A DNA stretch of 64,000 nucleotides from Takakia lepidozioides (GCA_030704615.1 CM060734.1:28024001-28088000); one strand, 5' to 3'. Counted from the first letter of the stretch, positions 1-13,586 are shown. The notes: generated by a model from the sequence alone, not told the origin. A program made the numbers and translations.

Positions 1-2130
1 GTTGACGAGTCTGTGAAAGAGCTGCACGCATTGGCAGAAGAGAAGAGAAAGGAAAGACGTTTGTCCCTGCTGGCCAAAGTTGGCAAAGGAATCTGCTGCT
101 CTGGAAGAATCCAGGAAAGGCAGCTGAGATGGCACAAAGACGGTGGATGCAGCGTGCAGGCCCAATAGAAGGGATCGAAGAAGAGGACTCGCCAGCAAGG
201 AGCAGCTGTTGTGACACCCGCCAAAACGAAGAAGCAGAAAAGAAGCAGAAAAGCCTGTTCAGGAAGAGGGTGAGGAAGAGGACTCCGATGGAGACTTTGC
301 AACCAGCCCACCCCCCAAACGCAGGCTGCATCCCCTGTGCCCACGTGTCACGAGAATTGTGCACACGAGAGAATTGGCTCGGCAAAGAAAGAAGGCACTC
401 TTTCAACCCCAAGGGGGGAACCTTTCGAGCCGGTGGAAATGAAGAGGGCCGAAAGTGGCTCCCGAAACAGTTCCAGTGTGTAAATGAGAGTTTCTTGGCG
501 GCTTTAGATGGACGGGCAGCCAAGTTGGCATACATGAAGACCATGGAGGGTCTGAAGGGCAGAGCAAGATAGAAGGCGACTGCCGAAGAGCCTTTCGACA
601 CCCCAGGATTTCAGAATAGGTCTCGTTCTTTGAGAGGGTGTGTGCAACAAGGATTGTAGGGAGGGGCGATAAAATGCCAACGAAGTGGTCTGCGATATGA
701 TCATCTTGGAATTCCGGACGGAGAGCTTGTGGAAGGACTGCAAGTTTTGCCATCTTGGAACAGGTACTCGGAGGACTTTGGAAGAAAGGATTCGGGCTTG
801 CCCGCATGGTGTGGACGACAGAGGCTGGTGGTTGTCCTGGCGAGCAGAGGAAAAAAAAAACACCTCAGACAGGAATTGCGAAGTGGACCCGGCAAGAGCG
901 CCGTCCCGATTCGAAAAAAGAAAGTGGAGGAATGCACACTGGCACTCGTCCATTCATTTGCTTGGGTGTTTTCAAATGCGGTGCCGCATTCGGTTTCTAA
1001 TCGTTCCCCCCTGTGTATGCAGATGAAGCAGTTCGATGCATACTGCTTTGTGAAGGAGAACTCCACCTTTGCTTTCCGGAAGGAGGGAGGAAAGGTTGAC
1101 CCGAACTGCGACCCCCTCGATTACGACGTTCTGTTCAACAACGTTCCCAAGGAACTTCTCCCTCATAGCCTCACTTCAACGGAACCCCTGCGGTACTCAC
1201 GGACTCGGAGCCCTGCCTTCATTCAGACAATTATGGAGACATGCACAGACGTGGAGGGCACAGTGCTCGACCTCATCTGTGGGACAGGTATGCAGAATCT
1301 TGATCTATGCTGTTCTGCAAATTCTCGTTAGGATGTAGTTCGCAACATCTAAAGCGCCATGTGGTAATGTGTGGATGGCATTGTAACAGGTGCCTCAATG
1401 TGGGCTGGGCGGTTTTCCGACCGGAACCTCTTTGCCTACGAGGAGGATTCATCTGTGTGGGGATCCCATCTGGAAGGGGCTGCAACGGAATGTTAAGGCT
1501 CCCCAGACAGAGCGGAAGTCTCCTCGGATTCGTCGGAGTCCGAGGAAGACACAGTGGACATTGATGCGGAGGAGAACCCGGAATACGAGTGAGTGCAAAC
1601 ATTGTAAGTTTGCAAAGCCTTCTGGGTCATTTTTGTCAAACGAATTTCCCGACTGTGGTTCTCATTAGTCTCGTTGATGATTGTCATGTGCAGGATTGCA
1701 GGGTCTGGGTCGAAACATGTAGGGCCTACACTTCCTGCCAGGAAGAATGTCCCATTCTTTGCGAGGGCCGACTTCATGACGAGCCCGGTGAGGGACTACT
1801 CCCTTCCTAGTTATGCAGCTAAACTCGCAAATACAGCGATTAGAAGAAGTGAGAATCCCAGTAAACTAGAGCAGATTTTGGAGAGGGCTAGGGAGGACAG
1901 AAGGATAAGGAAAGAGTTGGCAGCAACTCAGACAGGTAGACGGGTACGAAAGTACATATGTGATTCAGCGGATGAGAGCGACGCAGACAGGGAGGAAGAG
2001 GACCCAACGGAGGTGAGATGGACAGTTCCGCAAGGGGAAGATGGGATTTTCGAAAAGCCTGGCCAACGAGCAGTCCGCTGGAGATGAGAAAGGCACTGAG
2101 GGGGTGGAGGCGGAGCAGGACAGTCTAGAA
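1..2130 (+). pseudogene. 3' exons of the ParB-like/amino-methyltransferase-like gene, copy 1, frameshifted
   Basis: CDMIIL(D)IPDG at ~692-723. SPAFIQTIMETCTDVEGTVLDLICGTG up to a GT donor at ~1288. Next exon after TAACAG (~1390) reads GASMWAGRFSDRNLFAYEED. Confidence 0.7.
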
Positions 2131-2299
2131 CAGGATGAGGATTCGGATGATTTTCAAGATTAATAGAATTTTAATGAAGTCTCTGTAAATGTAAATTCTC
2201 TTCCAGAGTGTATAAAGGAAATTATGCCCGACATTCGTGACCCCTCTCCAGTGTGCATTCCAGCCACACAATCGCCCAAACCACGACGCTCCCAAAATC

Positions 2300-2990
2300 A
2301 GGAATGGGGCACCGCATTTCCAAAACAGGGGAGGGACTAAATTTTCCATTTCAATGTTGGCATAGTAAAAAGTAATCGGCCGATTGGAAATGCGGTGCCG
2401 CATTTCCAAAATTTCCTTTGTCCACACGCCAGTTTTGGCCTCTCCCGCTCATTGCATGGATGCCACCACGCTTACAGAGGTCGAACAAGGAGGTCAAACA
2501 AGGAGGTCGAGATGGCGGAATTGAAAATGCGGTGCCGCATTTCCATATTGGGGATGGTCGTTGTTCGAACTGCAGGCCCATCAGCAAAAATTGGCACCGC
2601 ATTCCATTGTAAAAAAAAAAGTCGATGACGGACATGGAAATGCGGCGCCGCATTTCCAGAACGGACATCGCAATTTGTCCATTTGCAGACCCTCTCACGG
2701 AAATGTGGTAACGCATTCCATCGCGCTGGTCGGAAATGTCACACTTTTTGAAGTGTTGGACGGAAATGCGGCACCGCATTCCCTTGTCCAAAAAGAAGTT
2801 TCCATTGCCAAGCTGCAAATGCGTCGCCGCATTTGCAATGCCAACCTCGTTGTCTGTCCAATTTATAGACCCGTGTTGGTATTTCGTGTACCTGGACGGA
2901 AATGATGCACCGCATTTCATTGTCCGACACTGAAATGCGGTTCATACATTTCCATGTCGGCATGGAAATTCGGTGCCGCATTTCAATGTC
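2300..2990. repeat. Array of 22-bp palindrome GGAAATGCGGYRCCGCATTTCC (~10 copies)
   Basis: Copies visible at e.g. 2386, 2636, 2762, 2964. Confidence 0.9.
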
Positions 2991-3727
2991 CGACATGGCG
3001 TTACTCTGGTATATTCTTGACACGTGACTCACATACCGGTTACTCTGCTATATTCATCCGGACAGACACATTGTAGAAATGAGACATCAAATTGTAAACA
3101 GTGGGCCAATTCCGACAGTTATTCAACAGAATGAAACACAATCACACAGAAGTGAGGTACGATGGGTTTATTGATCGGACACGATGTCGGAGTACGCTCA
3201 ATGACAGCAGCTCCCGGATGGAGGAGGAGCAGCGCGGTGGCTGGAAAAAGTTCAGGCTAACGCTGCAATTCCTCACAAACACTCCAGGGCACATTTAAAT
3301 TTCCCCCCTATAGGATCCTGGACCGATGAAGATTGGCTGCTTCATGAATGTAGCCGTTTCAGTTTCCTACCCTGCCATGCAAACTATGGGCACTCACTGC
3401 CAGGTGGGCCGATAGCCACTGGACACGACGAAGTCCATCCCCTCTTCGATGTAAATGCGGCGCCGAATTTCCATCCGGGGGGATGGACTTCGGTGGCAGA
3501 TCTCAAACTATAACTTGTTGATGAGAAAGATGTATGGGTTCATCCACCGCCGGCGTGATGAACACGTTCCACCTCCGTCGGTGGGTACGTGGGACCCAGA
3601 TGCTCCATTATTGGAGGCCGGACTGCTCTTCCGCTTCGCATCATTTCCAAAATCTAAGGGCTTCGTAGCTGTCCGCAAGGTCATTGTCATCTGCATCCAA
3701 GTCGTCCTCAAGTCCTCCTTTGCAAGG

Positions 3728-4291
3728 ATGCCATGCTTCCGGAACCGGGACGACTGCCCATTTGGAGGCATCGATTATGCAATGTGTTCGGCCACATCGG
3801 GAGACATTGTTATCTGGTACACAGATTACAGAGAAGATACTGGTTCGATTGTGGAAACATTGGTGGCTTTTGAGTATATCCTAGGCCACTACGCCTTCGA
3901 GCGGGGTGACGATCTTGGTCTGAGGAGTCCGTGGCTCCTGCGCATCCTCGATTCCGATTTTCCCAGCTACGACGGTCACCCATGCAGAAGAAGGCGCACT
4001 GCTATGCTGTTGCGGTGGAACTGCTGCCACTGGACGTGGGTGGACTCCATCGGAGAGACCTATTCTCCTCAAGGAGTGCGCTCCTCTTCTCCATTGTATG
4101 GGGACATTCGCATTGGTGTGGACGACGAAAACGTGAAGATTTCCATATTCGATGGTGGTATGATTGAAGGGCAGGACATTGTGGTGAACATCACTAGGGG
4201 CGGTACAACGGCTGCAATCGACTTTACATGGAGGAGCCCCATGACTCATGAGCTAGTTCTGAGAGCAGTCGAAGTCCCATTGACAACGTGA
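3728..4291 (+). CDS. Small (~187 aa) cargo protein of unknown family, intact in this copy
   Basis: Open frame MPCFRNRDDCPFGGIDYAM...ELVLRAVEVPLTT. Homologous to 46692-47250 and paralogous to 45557-46138 (-). Confidence 0.65.
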   Translation: MPCFRNRDDCPFGGIDYAMCSATSGDIVIWYTDYREDTGSIVETLVAFEYILGHYAFERGDDLGLRSPWLLRILDSDFPSYDGHPCRRRRTAMLLRWNCCHWTWVDSIGETYSPQGVRSSSPLYGDIRIGVDDENVKISIFDGGMIEGQDIVVNITRGGTTAAIDFTWRSPMTHELVLRAVEVPLTT

Positions 4292-5329
4292 CTTGTATTC
4301 AGTAGGCACAGGGCTAAAGATTTGACTGCACAATCAGCACAGTAGACGTGCTTCAAATGCAATTCATGTGGATCAATAAAAACCTCATTGTGCCCTCTTT
4401 TTATTCTATTCTGTGTCCATCGTTCCCAGAATGCGTCATTGCTCATTTCGTTTGGGATTGGGAGTGTGGGTGGATTTTGCAAGTGGCTGGTAGGCTGAAA
4501 TGGGCCCCCATTGTACAGAGCAGTACCACCCTACCATTCGCGAAACATTGCCTTTCAATATATAATTCTAAATAACATTGCCGAACCTCCTTCATCGGGA
4601 GGTCGTTCTCCCCCTATGACCGTGGCACCCTAAACCCTATTCCCGCGGACACTCATTTCCGGAAAATAGTGCTGCTCATGTTTTTTTCCACACTTACGAC
4701 TCTGCTCATGGCTCATGCCGCTCATGGCTCATGGCTCATGAAATAGCAGCCCCCCATCACAGCCCACCACAGTCTAACATAGCATATCACAGCTCACCAC
4801 AGCTTGACACAGCCTGTCACAGCCCAACACAACCCACACAGGTTGCACAGTCCATAGGGTTAGTGACAGGTGGACGCGGGTTAACGTCATAAAAGTGGCC
4901 AGTGAGTGTAAAGGCAGTTTGGAAGTCAAACTTGGAGAATGTGCCACGCGGACAGAGGGAGACGGGAGAGTGTTGGAATTCAAACACGTGGCCTAAGGGG
5001 CAAAGCACTCCGCATTGCATGTACTGCAATAGCGGGCGCCATCATGCAAGAAGACAAGCAGGGCCGTCAAAGTACCTACCTGGTACATCAGCCGAAACTA
5101 ATTACGGGCCCATTAATGCGTCCAAAGAACAGGTCACGGAACCCTTTACGCGTCCGGCAAAGGGGGACCTTTGCCACATATGCAGTCCTAGTGGGCATTC
5201 CAAGTTGGAATGTGAACAGATGAGGGTAAAATTGAGAAGTTACCCAATGAGGCAAAGGCCAATTAGCAACGTGAATTTTATGCAAGTGGTTCCATTCAAG
5301 AAACAAGAACAAGAAATTAAAAAAGTTAT

Positions 5330-8300
5330 GAGCGGAAGAGTAGGGGTCGCTCCGGATAACCAGCGTCTCGACGGGAGGGGCAATCAAAGCTATAGCTTTG
5401 TAGCTATGGCGGATATCACAGACTATACGCTAGCTCTACTTCTTACGCAGTGGCGCAAGGACGGACGGGTTGAAAGTACATTCTCTCTCACTCACTATTT
5501 GCAAGCCCCACAGGCACTCACTTGCCTGTTCCATTCTGTGCCAACCATACTTTCATGCTTTAAGCCGTGCAAGCTTTCCTACAGCTATTCCAAACAAGGC
5601 CTTCTTGTTTGTCCAAGATGAAGAGAATTAGAGGGTCGGAGGATCTCAGGATGAAGAGCACGACGATTCTACAGAAGTAGACAATCGCTACACCGCAGGC
5701 AGTGCAGCTGTTGAAGGAGTTGAGATTGGAGGGGTTGCTACGCAAATAGTGGCCTTTGCATCATCTGGGGTTGATGATCCAATTCATCTAGAACTTTGAG
5801 CCTCGGACAGGAGTTACCCAGGTGAAGGGCGTAGATATAGAGGTTACTCCGCAGTACTTGCAACAACTGTTTGAATTGCCATCTGGTGCTGAGTATCCAG
5901 AGTTGAGGGAAATTGGCCAAATGCTGAGCATTCTCTTTGCCATGAAACAGAACCAACAATATCTTAGCAGATCTTTCACGGAGGAGGTGCTCAAAGCTTT
6001 GAGAGGGGAGGATGTAGCCTGGGCGGAGATGATGTATAGTGGTCTGGTGGAGGAGATGAAACGGTTACAAAATACTACTGCCAAGTCCGCGATCATTGTG
6101 TCTGGCCCAATTATTGCACAGATTATCTTTGATTCTTGCTTGCTTGATGCGCGAGAACGCAAACTAATGGGGGTGTTTGAGACAACCACAACTGCAGTTG
6201 AGGAGCAGGGCTCTTCACAAGGTGAAGGGGGGTTGGAGGGGCAGCGCCAGTCCAAGAGACAGAAGAGGGACACAACTATAGTGGCGGATCCACTGGCCAC
6301 AAGAAATCCACATGATGATGTTTCCATAGCTCCTGTATAGGATGAGGAGCAGCAGCACAGGGGGTTGTTGTTACTGGAAGCACGGCCTTCAGCAAGGGAG
6401 TCACCTCAGTACCACAGCCACCACAGCCAGTTGACCCGGTTGCCCCATGGGTAACTCAAATTGTACATGCTGTCACACCAGAGCCTCTTACTGTGGAGGG
6501 AGATGGGTTGGACATTCCCACTACAGAGCAAGTAGTGGCGGAAATTGAGAAGGGTGACCTTCTCTATGAAAACTCTGGCATGGTCGGAGAACCAATAGTA
6601 CCAAAGATGTAGAGTCTAACCAAGGAAATCCCTGATGTGCAAGTTTTGCCCAAACCTGTGGCGGAGGTTAAAGGGGTAGAGTGTAAGGGAACTGCAGCAC
6701 CTGTGGAGGATGAGGTTGCTCAGGAAGAAGATCCTGTGATCATGGCCTGACTGGTTTGTGAAACATCAAATTGTGGAGGATCAGGGAGAACAGCAGCAAG
6801 TTCTCCATGAAGACCCATAGCAGGCCATGCTTATGAGTTCCATAAGCATGACACTTAATTTGTTGGGCACCTATGTGAAGTCCCATGTTCCTTCCACACA
6901 ATTGGCAGCATTGAGGGAGGAGCTCAAGCAAGAGTTTGAGGCAAGAATTGCCACTGAGTGTGCAAATAAGGTGGATGTGGAGGCCAATCTTAAGTTGCAA
7001 AAAGAGTTGGAGGACACTCAATCTGCTCTACAGCTTGCGAAGGAAAACTTGATTGAAGCAGGTCTGGAGCATGAGAAGTTGCATGAAGTACATAAGCAAC
7101 AGCTATACCGATTGCAGGTGAAGCATGAAGGCAAATTGCAGGAAGTGAAGTTGCTTCATACAAAGTTGGAAGCAGTTCATCAGAAAATGACCATTCAATG
7201 GCCACACTAACAACTACTCTGGAGCTGACTGCATTAGAAGTTAAGAATCAAGCTGAGAGATGTTTAATGGTGGAGGCTGAGTCGGTGGAGTAGGTGAAAC
7301 TCATTGCTGACTTGAAGGCTACTATCGGTCGCAATGAGGATACCTTTCAATAGTACAGTCGGATTGATGCCCAGAAGGACAGGTACATCCTTGAGTTGTA
7401 GCAAACACTCACAACACGAAAGAATGAGCTTTCTGTGACTAACAAGGCATGGAAGGAAGCCAATAATTTGTTTGCTGCCTATGCAGCTCTGGTTGAACCT
7501 CATGCGAAGCGCATGGAGAGTTTACAGCAGCAGTTGGAAACATATAGACTCAAGGAGGAGTAGGATCTCCGTGGTGCTACACAAGACTTGGTGGATAGTC
7601 ATCTTTTGCAAGAGTGGTTAACACAAGGACCAACGTCAGGAGGGACAGTGGCGCCAATATCACAGCAACCACAGCAGGTTGCCACTGTTGATACCATGGC
7701 ACTGCAGCAATCTGAGGTTTGGGGGGATGCTTCTTTTAACCCACCTACTACTCCTGCTGCACTTGAGTACAATCGGGCTATGATTATGCCCTTCAACCAA
7801 ATTCCCATTGTTATGGATTTGGCTTGAAAAGAATTCAGTCCTCCAGAGTCTTTGGCACATTATTATTAGATCATGCGCATTTGGTTGCTAGTGACAACTC
7901 GGACTAAGGTTCTTCCGAATAACCGACCCATTGAAGATCACCATTTTGCATGGTACTGGTTTGAGGCAGGCACCATGCTGAAGGAATTAATTGCCTTCCA
8001 GATTGTTCATGGGTACATCTACACCAAGACCAAGGAGGTACCTAGTTTGGTCATGGGTTGTGGACTATACTATGCTGCTTGTTTCATTTCATGCTATCGC
8101 ATTGAGCAGCAAAAGATGCAGATGCGATTTCAGACTTATTCCAAGTCTGAGGATCATTGGGTGTTACCTTCAGTTCCATCCCATACATATCTGTATGATG
8201 TGAAGATCATGCTGGAGAAGGATTCCCAACTTCGTTCTTGGTTCAATTTTGCTTTAGAGAACTTGGCCAAATAAAACTTGGGTCTTGACCACATTTTTTC

Positions 8301-8776
8301 TAAGGGACATGAGGCCAAGAAATGGTTACACTGTTCCAATGTCATTGGCACACCCCTCACCTATACAGACAAGGAGCTATGGGAGTACACTAATTTTGCC
8401 CACAAGAGATTGATACAAGTTTTAAAGTTTAAGCTTCCAGACATGGCCACGTAGGATTCCTGAGACGCCACAGAAGGTCAAAACACCGAAAGGCCACCGG
8501 GGGGGAGATGATTTTGATACTACTGGTTCTATGGAGGAACCTTTTGACATGGCTGAGGACTATGCGATACAAATGGCAGAGAAGAAATGACGGGGATCTC
8601 CTATGCCTGAGAAGTTACCTCCTTATCAACCAAAGGAAGGGCAGTCATTTCCATTTGGTGGACAGTCATCTCCACCAGCCAGTGACAGGGCTCGGGCTCG
8701 CACACAGAGCCCTCCACGAGACTCTCACCGACAGAAGGGTGCTCGTTCACAAAGGTTTGCTGATCCTAAACAGTAA
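5330..8776 (+). pseudogene. Degraded extra ORF downstream of pol (coiled-coil plus unknown domains)
   Basis: Peptides EVTPQYLQQLFELPSG, MIMPFNQIPIV and KVLPNNRPIEDHHF match 20218-24165. Many in-frame stops. Confidence 0.8.
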
Positions 8777-8814
8777 ACCGTGAGGACACGGCTTTTTGAG
8801 AGGGGGAGGGATAA

Positions 8815-9656
8815 TGTTAGAGGGCTGTCTGGGACTTGGATAGTTTTACGGGTTCTGTGGGGTACCCTCAATTTTGCGCAGACTTACGGATGGTAGACTT
8901 AGACCAACACAGGCCTTAGGGGTGGTAGACAGGTTTACACAGTCAGTCACAGCCTTACACAGTTAGACACAGCTTGACACAGCCTGACACAGCTTGTCAC
9001 AGCCTTACACGGCCTATCACAGCCCGACACAGCCCGACACAGTCCGACACAGCCAGTCACAGCTCGGCATAGTCGCAGCCCGACACAGTTTGGCATAGCC
9101 CATCACAACATTCACAGGGAACGGTTATTATTGGCAGGGAATGACTGTGTGGGAACGACATCTGCAGAGGGAACATGCATTCTGTCTTGAATGACAGTTA
9201 GTTAGTTAGGCGGTTAGAAGAGCTTGCAGGTAGAATAGGTGGAGTAGCAACAGAGGGGGACACTTCTTGGATCACGACTTGGTCATCGGGGAGGGAAGGA
9301 CGATCTGGAGTAGGGGAATGAAGAGCGCAATGGGGGAGGAGACACGATCTGGTGATGCTTGATGAATGCAAGCTGTAGAGTTGTACTGTAGAACAGATTA
9401 GAGACACCATGGCTTCGGCCCGATATTTGATAGATATTAATCTGATACATACTTCATACTCACACTGTGTAGAGAGACCTGAGTGAAGCTATGGAATGAA
9501 TGGATGAGTGGATGGAACTTGGTAGGTTGCTAAAGCAATCTGATACTTAATTATAGACAATAAGGTAACTTGCTAACATGAATGCTTTATCTATGGGATT
9601 GGGAGTTCCCACTCTCGGATAGCGAGGCGTGGTGTTGAGTAAAAGCCCGCTCTACA
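8815..9656 (+). repeat. 3' LTR
   Basis: TG...CA ends, follows the PPT, similar to the LTRs at 12575 and 24204, contains a CACAGC-type repeat tract. Confidence 0.85.
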
Positions 9657-10915
9657 TTACTCTTTTCCACAACCTTGACCACACTTTTCAATTTCTCAAA
9701 CTCACCGGTACATGCATGACGACTCCATTGGTGACATGGATATGCGCCCTTTGTAGAAATGGTTCAATATCTTTCTTCTTCCTGTCTCTTCTGGCTCGGG
9801 AATTTTTTCAGGACTGGTGCTTCTTGGGAAGAGAAACTGACCCGAGGCACGTGTTTGTTCCTCTGGAAGCTCCTCTTGTGGTGTTGCAATGTCTTCGCCT
9901 TGTGAACTTGGACCGCCCTTCTGATTTGGAGGTACCACCGGTGTTCTTACTTTAGGGAGTCGTCGTATCTCTCTAATCTCGTGATGCGCCATTAATTGAT
10001 TCAACTATTCCAAGACCGCCTCCTCATCATCACAAATAATCTCAAGCAAATTGTTAGAAGGCAATGCAGTTGACCCCTGCTCCTTTTTCATCCTACAGTC
10101 CTGTTCGAAGTGTCCTAGTAGCTTACAAAGGGTGCATCTGATTCCACAATTTCTGTCCGGTGACCAAAGTGTTGATTGCATTTGCGCATTTCACCGGAGT
10201 CTTTTGTGTTGGACAGAACGCAGCCACATGACCCTCCTGCTGGAAGAGGTTACACAATCGGTTTCCACGAACTGGAGTCTAACTACCAGAACTTTCAGCG
10301 TATGCACCCTTCTTTTCAAAAAACTTGGTTAGCGTAACATTGAGAGCATCTAGGCGTTTATCAATTGGGCCAGTCACTAAGACCTCTTCTACGTCAAGTC
10401 TCCTTCCAAAGGTTTGAATGGTGTTTCCCCAATTTTGAACAGCCCCCTTTCCACTTGTATGGAGGTTTCGACCGCCTCATCTACACTCTGAAATCTGGTT
10501 CCTAGCATAAGCTTCATAATCTCATGCCTAAGACCCCCCATAAACCTTCGACGTTGCTTTAGCTCAGGGATCTATCCCTTCACAAAGAGCCTATTCAAAC
10601 GATCAAAGTAAGCCTGAACCCTCTGTTTTGGCTCCTGCTTAATTTCATCCATCTTCATCTTTAGTTCGGCCATATCCACGTGCCCAAATTTTGCCAACAT
10701 TGCTACTTGTAAATTGTCCCATCAACTGGCTTGGGGTTTTGACACCTAAACCAGTCATCAGCCTTTCCTTTGAGGTTTAACCTTGCTACCTTGAAGATCT
10801 TGTCATCCAACAGGTCCCTTACATCACCTGCCATCTGTAATTTCTCGATCCAGTCCATCACATCCTCGGACTCCCTACCTTGATATGGAGCATCTACTCC
10901 GTATGGACTTGCCAT
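9657..10915 (-). pseudogene. gag: Ty3/Gypsy gag fragment of a different family
   Basis: YQGRESEDVMDWIEKL...LNLKGKADDWF, KQEPKQRVQAYFDR and a CTLCKLLGHFEQDC zinc knuckle on the minus strand. Confidence 0.75.
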
Positions 10916-11356
10916 GTTGTTACACTATTAGTTTGGTTAGTGTTAAATGATGGGGTGTACACTGATACACTGATGTTTCTAAGCTTAATCGACAGACATC
11001 CGGTTACCATTCTGTATCAGTTCTTGTCTTCCACTCACGGTGACTCTTCTAGACATCGCGGATATCATTACCCAACTATAAGCTACTCGCGTCCACGGCA
11101 CCATCGTAACCCTATTCCCAACATGTATGACTTGTACACAGAGGTCTCCATTATGCGCTCTTGACGATTGATGGTAAAATGCCGGTCTCAGGTTGGCATA
11201 CGGTGATACATCTATACCATACAAAATTAGTACGTCTCCTACTTCTGGATGATCAGTAACTAGTGATTGATCTATACCTAGCATTCTTCACTAATCCTAC
11301 CAGTGCCTTACTATACCTCTCAGAGTGTTCTCATATGACAAGATCTATCGTTTCAC

Positions 11357-12391
11357 TGTTGAGCGGCTTTTACTCACCCATCCCTTCGCTATCTGAGGTG
11401 GAAACTCCAAGATAGAAGAGTTGGATATCTCTAAGTACTCCCCCCGCTCAGAACAATCAGTCATGACCTACAGCTAGTGTATCATGGGGGTGCTTCCCTA
11501 TATCTATTCCTTCTTGTATTCATGTTTAGTAAGTTACCTTACTGCCTAGGTTTAAGTATTAGATTGCTTCTGCAATCTACAATGTTCCATCTACTTAAGC
11601 ATTCATTCCACAGCTTCACTCAGATCTCTCTACACAGTGTAAATATGAAATAGGAATCATATTAATATCTATCAAGTATCAGGCCGAAGCCATGGTGTCT
11701 CTATTCTGCCTATAGTACACCTCTACAGCTTGCATGTATCAAGCATCAATAGATCGTCTCTCCTCCTCCGTGTTCTCTCCATCCCAGTGCTCCAAGATTG
11801 TGCTCTTCCCCCGTGATGCCAGAAGTCATCCAATAAGTGATGGATCCCCCCCATGTAGCAACTCTGCATAATGTATCTACAAGGTGTTCTAACCGCCTAA
11901 GTAACTAACTGCCAGCCAAGACAGTGGTAAGTACTGTCGTTCCCTTTGCTGTTGACGTTCCCACACACTCGTTCCCTGCCAATGATAACCACTCCCTGTG
12001 ACAAGCTGTGACTTGTGTGATGCTGTGACGGGCTGTATCAAGTTGTGTCGGGCTATGACTGACTGTGTCAGGCTGTGACTAACTGTATCGGGCTGTGACT
12101 GGCTGTGTCAGGCTGTGACTAATTGTGTCGGGCTGTGACTGGCTGTGTCAGACTGTGACTGGTTGTGTCGGCTGTGTGCTGTGTCAGACCATGTTAGGCT
12201 GTGTCGGGCTGTGACTGACTGTGACTGTGCCTGACTCTGGCTAACTGTGACAGGTTGTGATAGGTTGTATAAGCCTTTGACTGCTGACTATGTGAGCCTG
12301 TTACCACCCCTAAGGCCTGTGTTGGTTTGAGTCTACCACCCTTAAGTCTGCGCAAAATTAAGGGTACCCCACAGCCCGTAAAGCTATCTAA
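11357..12391 (-). repeat. 3' LTR of a minus-strand relative of the 12575 element; its PPT-proximal end is lost
   Basis: Begins TGTTGAGCGGCTTTTACTCACCC (reverse complement of the LTR end) and contains a GCTGTG repeat tract at 12000-12300. Confidence 0.8.
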
Positions 12392-12574
12392 GGATCTAGG
12401 ATCATTAAAAAAGTCCTTTGCGAACGAGCACCCTTTTGCTGGTGAGAGTCCCTCAGAGGGCTCTGTGTATGAGCCCGAGCCGTGTCTTTGGCTGGTGGAA
12501 ATGACTATCGACTAGATGGAGCTGACTGGCCTGTGTTAGGTTGATATGGTGGCAATTTCTTAGGCATAGGAGAT

Positions 12575-13584
12575 TGTTAGAGGACTGCTTGGGACTTAGA
12601 CGCTTTTACGGGATCTGTGGGGTACCCTTAATTTTTACACAGACTGAGACCAACAGGAGCCTTAGGGGTGACAGCAACAGGCTTTAGGGGGAAACACAGC
12701 CAACACAGCCCGTCGCAGTCCAACACAGCCCGTCACAGCCAAACACAGCCCGTCATAGCCCAACACAGTCGCACAGCCAATCACACAGCGCCGTTCACAA
12801 GCCCGACACAGTTGCACAGCCAGTCACAGCTCGACACAGCCCGACACAACCCAACACAGTCGCACAGCCAGTCACAACCCGTCATAGTTTCACACAACCA
12901 GTCACAGCTTGACACAGCTGTCACGACCATAGGGAACGGATAGCATGACAGAGAACGACTGTGGGGAACAACATCTGCGAATGGAACATGTTAGTTCACG
13001 GATGACGGTTAGTGAGGGAAACGGTTAGAACAACGGGTAGGAAGATAAAGCCAGGAGTGAGGACTGGAAAATGATCACTATGGGGGAAGAGATCACTTCT
13101 GGAAGGACTTTGGGGGGGGGAATCACAACTTGGAAATGAAGCGGAGAGCGCATCTCTGAGCAGAAAGAGGGAGAGCAGGGAGGAGGAGAAGAACGATCTG
13201 TTGATACTTGCTGAATGCAAGAAGTAGAGTTGTAATGTAGAGCAGAATAGAGACACCATGGCTTCAGCCTGATACTTGATAGATATTAATCTGATACATA
13301 CTTCATACTCACACCGTGTAGAGAGACCTAAGTGAAGTTGTGGAATGAATGGATGGAACTTGATAGATTTCTGAAACAAACTGATACTTAATTGCAGATA
13401 GTAAGGTAACTCGCTAACATGAATGCAGGAACCAGTACAAATAGGAAACACCCCCATGATACACTAGCTGTAGGTCATGACTGATTGTTCTGAGCGGGCT
13501 GAGTGCTTAGAGATTTCCAACTCTTCTATCTTGGAGTTCCCACCTCGGATAGCGAAGGGATGGGTGAGTAAAAGCCGCGCAACA
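12575..13584 (+). repeat. 5' LTR
   Basis: TGTTAGAGGACTGC...GCCGCGCAACA, matches 24204-25201. Confidence 0.95.
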
Positions 13585-13586
13585 TT

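Larger units (their letters stand above)
1..4755 (+). mobile_element. Right part of a second copy of the Mutator-like element seen at 32323-47726 (runs off the window start)
   Basis: Colinear and highly similar to 41934-47726. Ends in the same terminus (GCTCATG repeats, then GCTCATGAAATAGCAGCCCCCC) and switches abruptly to Gypsy sequence. Confidence 0.9.
4756..9656 (+). mobile_element. 3' part of a Ty3/Gypsy LTR retrotransposon (extra-ORF region, PPT, 3' LTR), related to 12575-25201
   Basis: Homologous to ~19840-25201. PPT GAGAGGGGGAGGG at ~8798-8810, then TGTTAG...CTACA. Confidence 0.85.

Noticed and set aside
4625-4640. Telomeric repeat (ACCCTAAACCCT; also ~29965, 47593, 48167, 57131)
   Set aside because: Only 1-2 units each; telobox-like motifs, not telomere arrays.
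1-4755. Assembly duplication of 41934-47726
   Set aside because: The copies differ by many substitutions and a ~650 bp indel and have different flanks at the shared terminus.
12996-13457. 153-aa minus-strand ORF, repeated at 24640-25074
   Set aside because: Lies inside the LTRs, so repetition is explained by LTR identity; low complexity.
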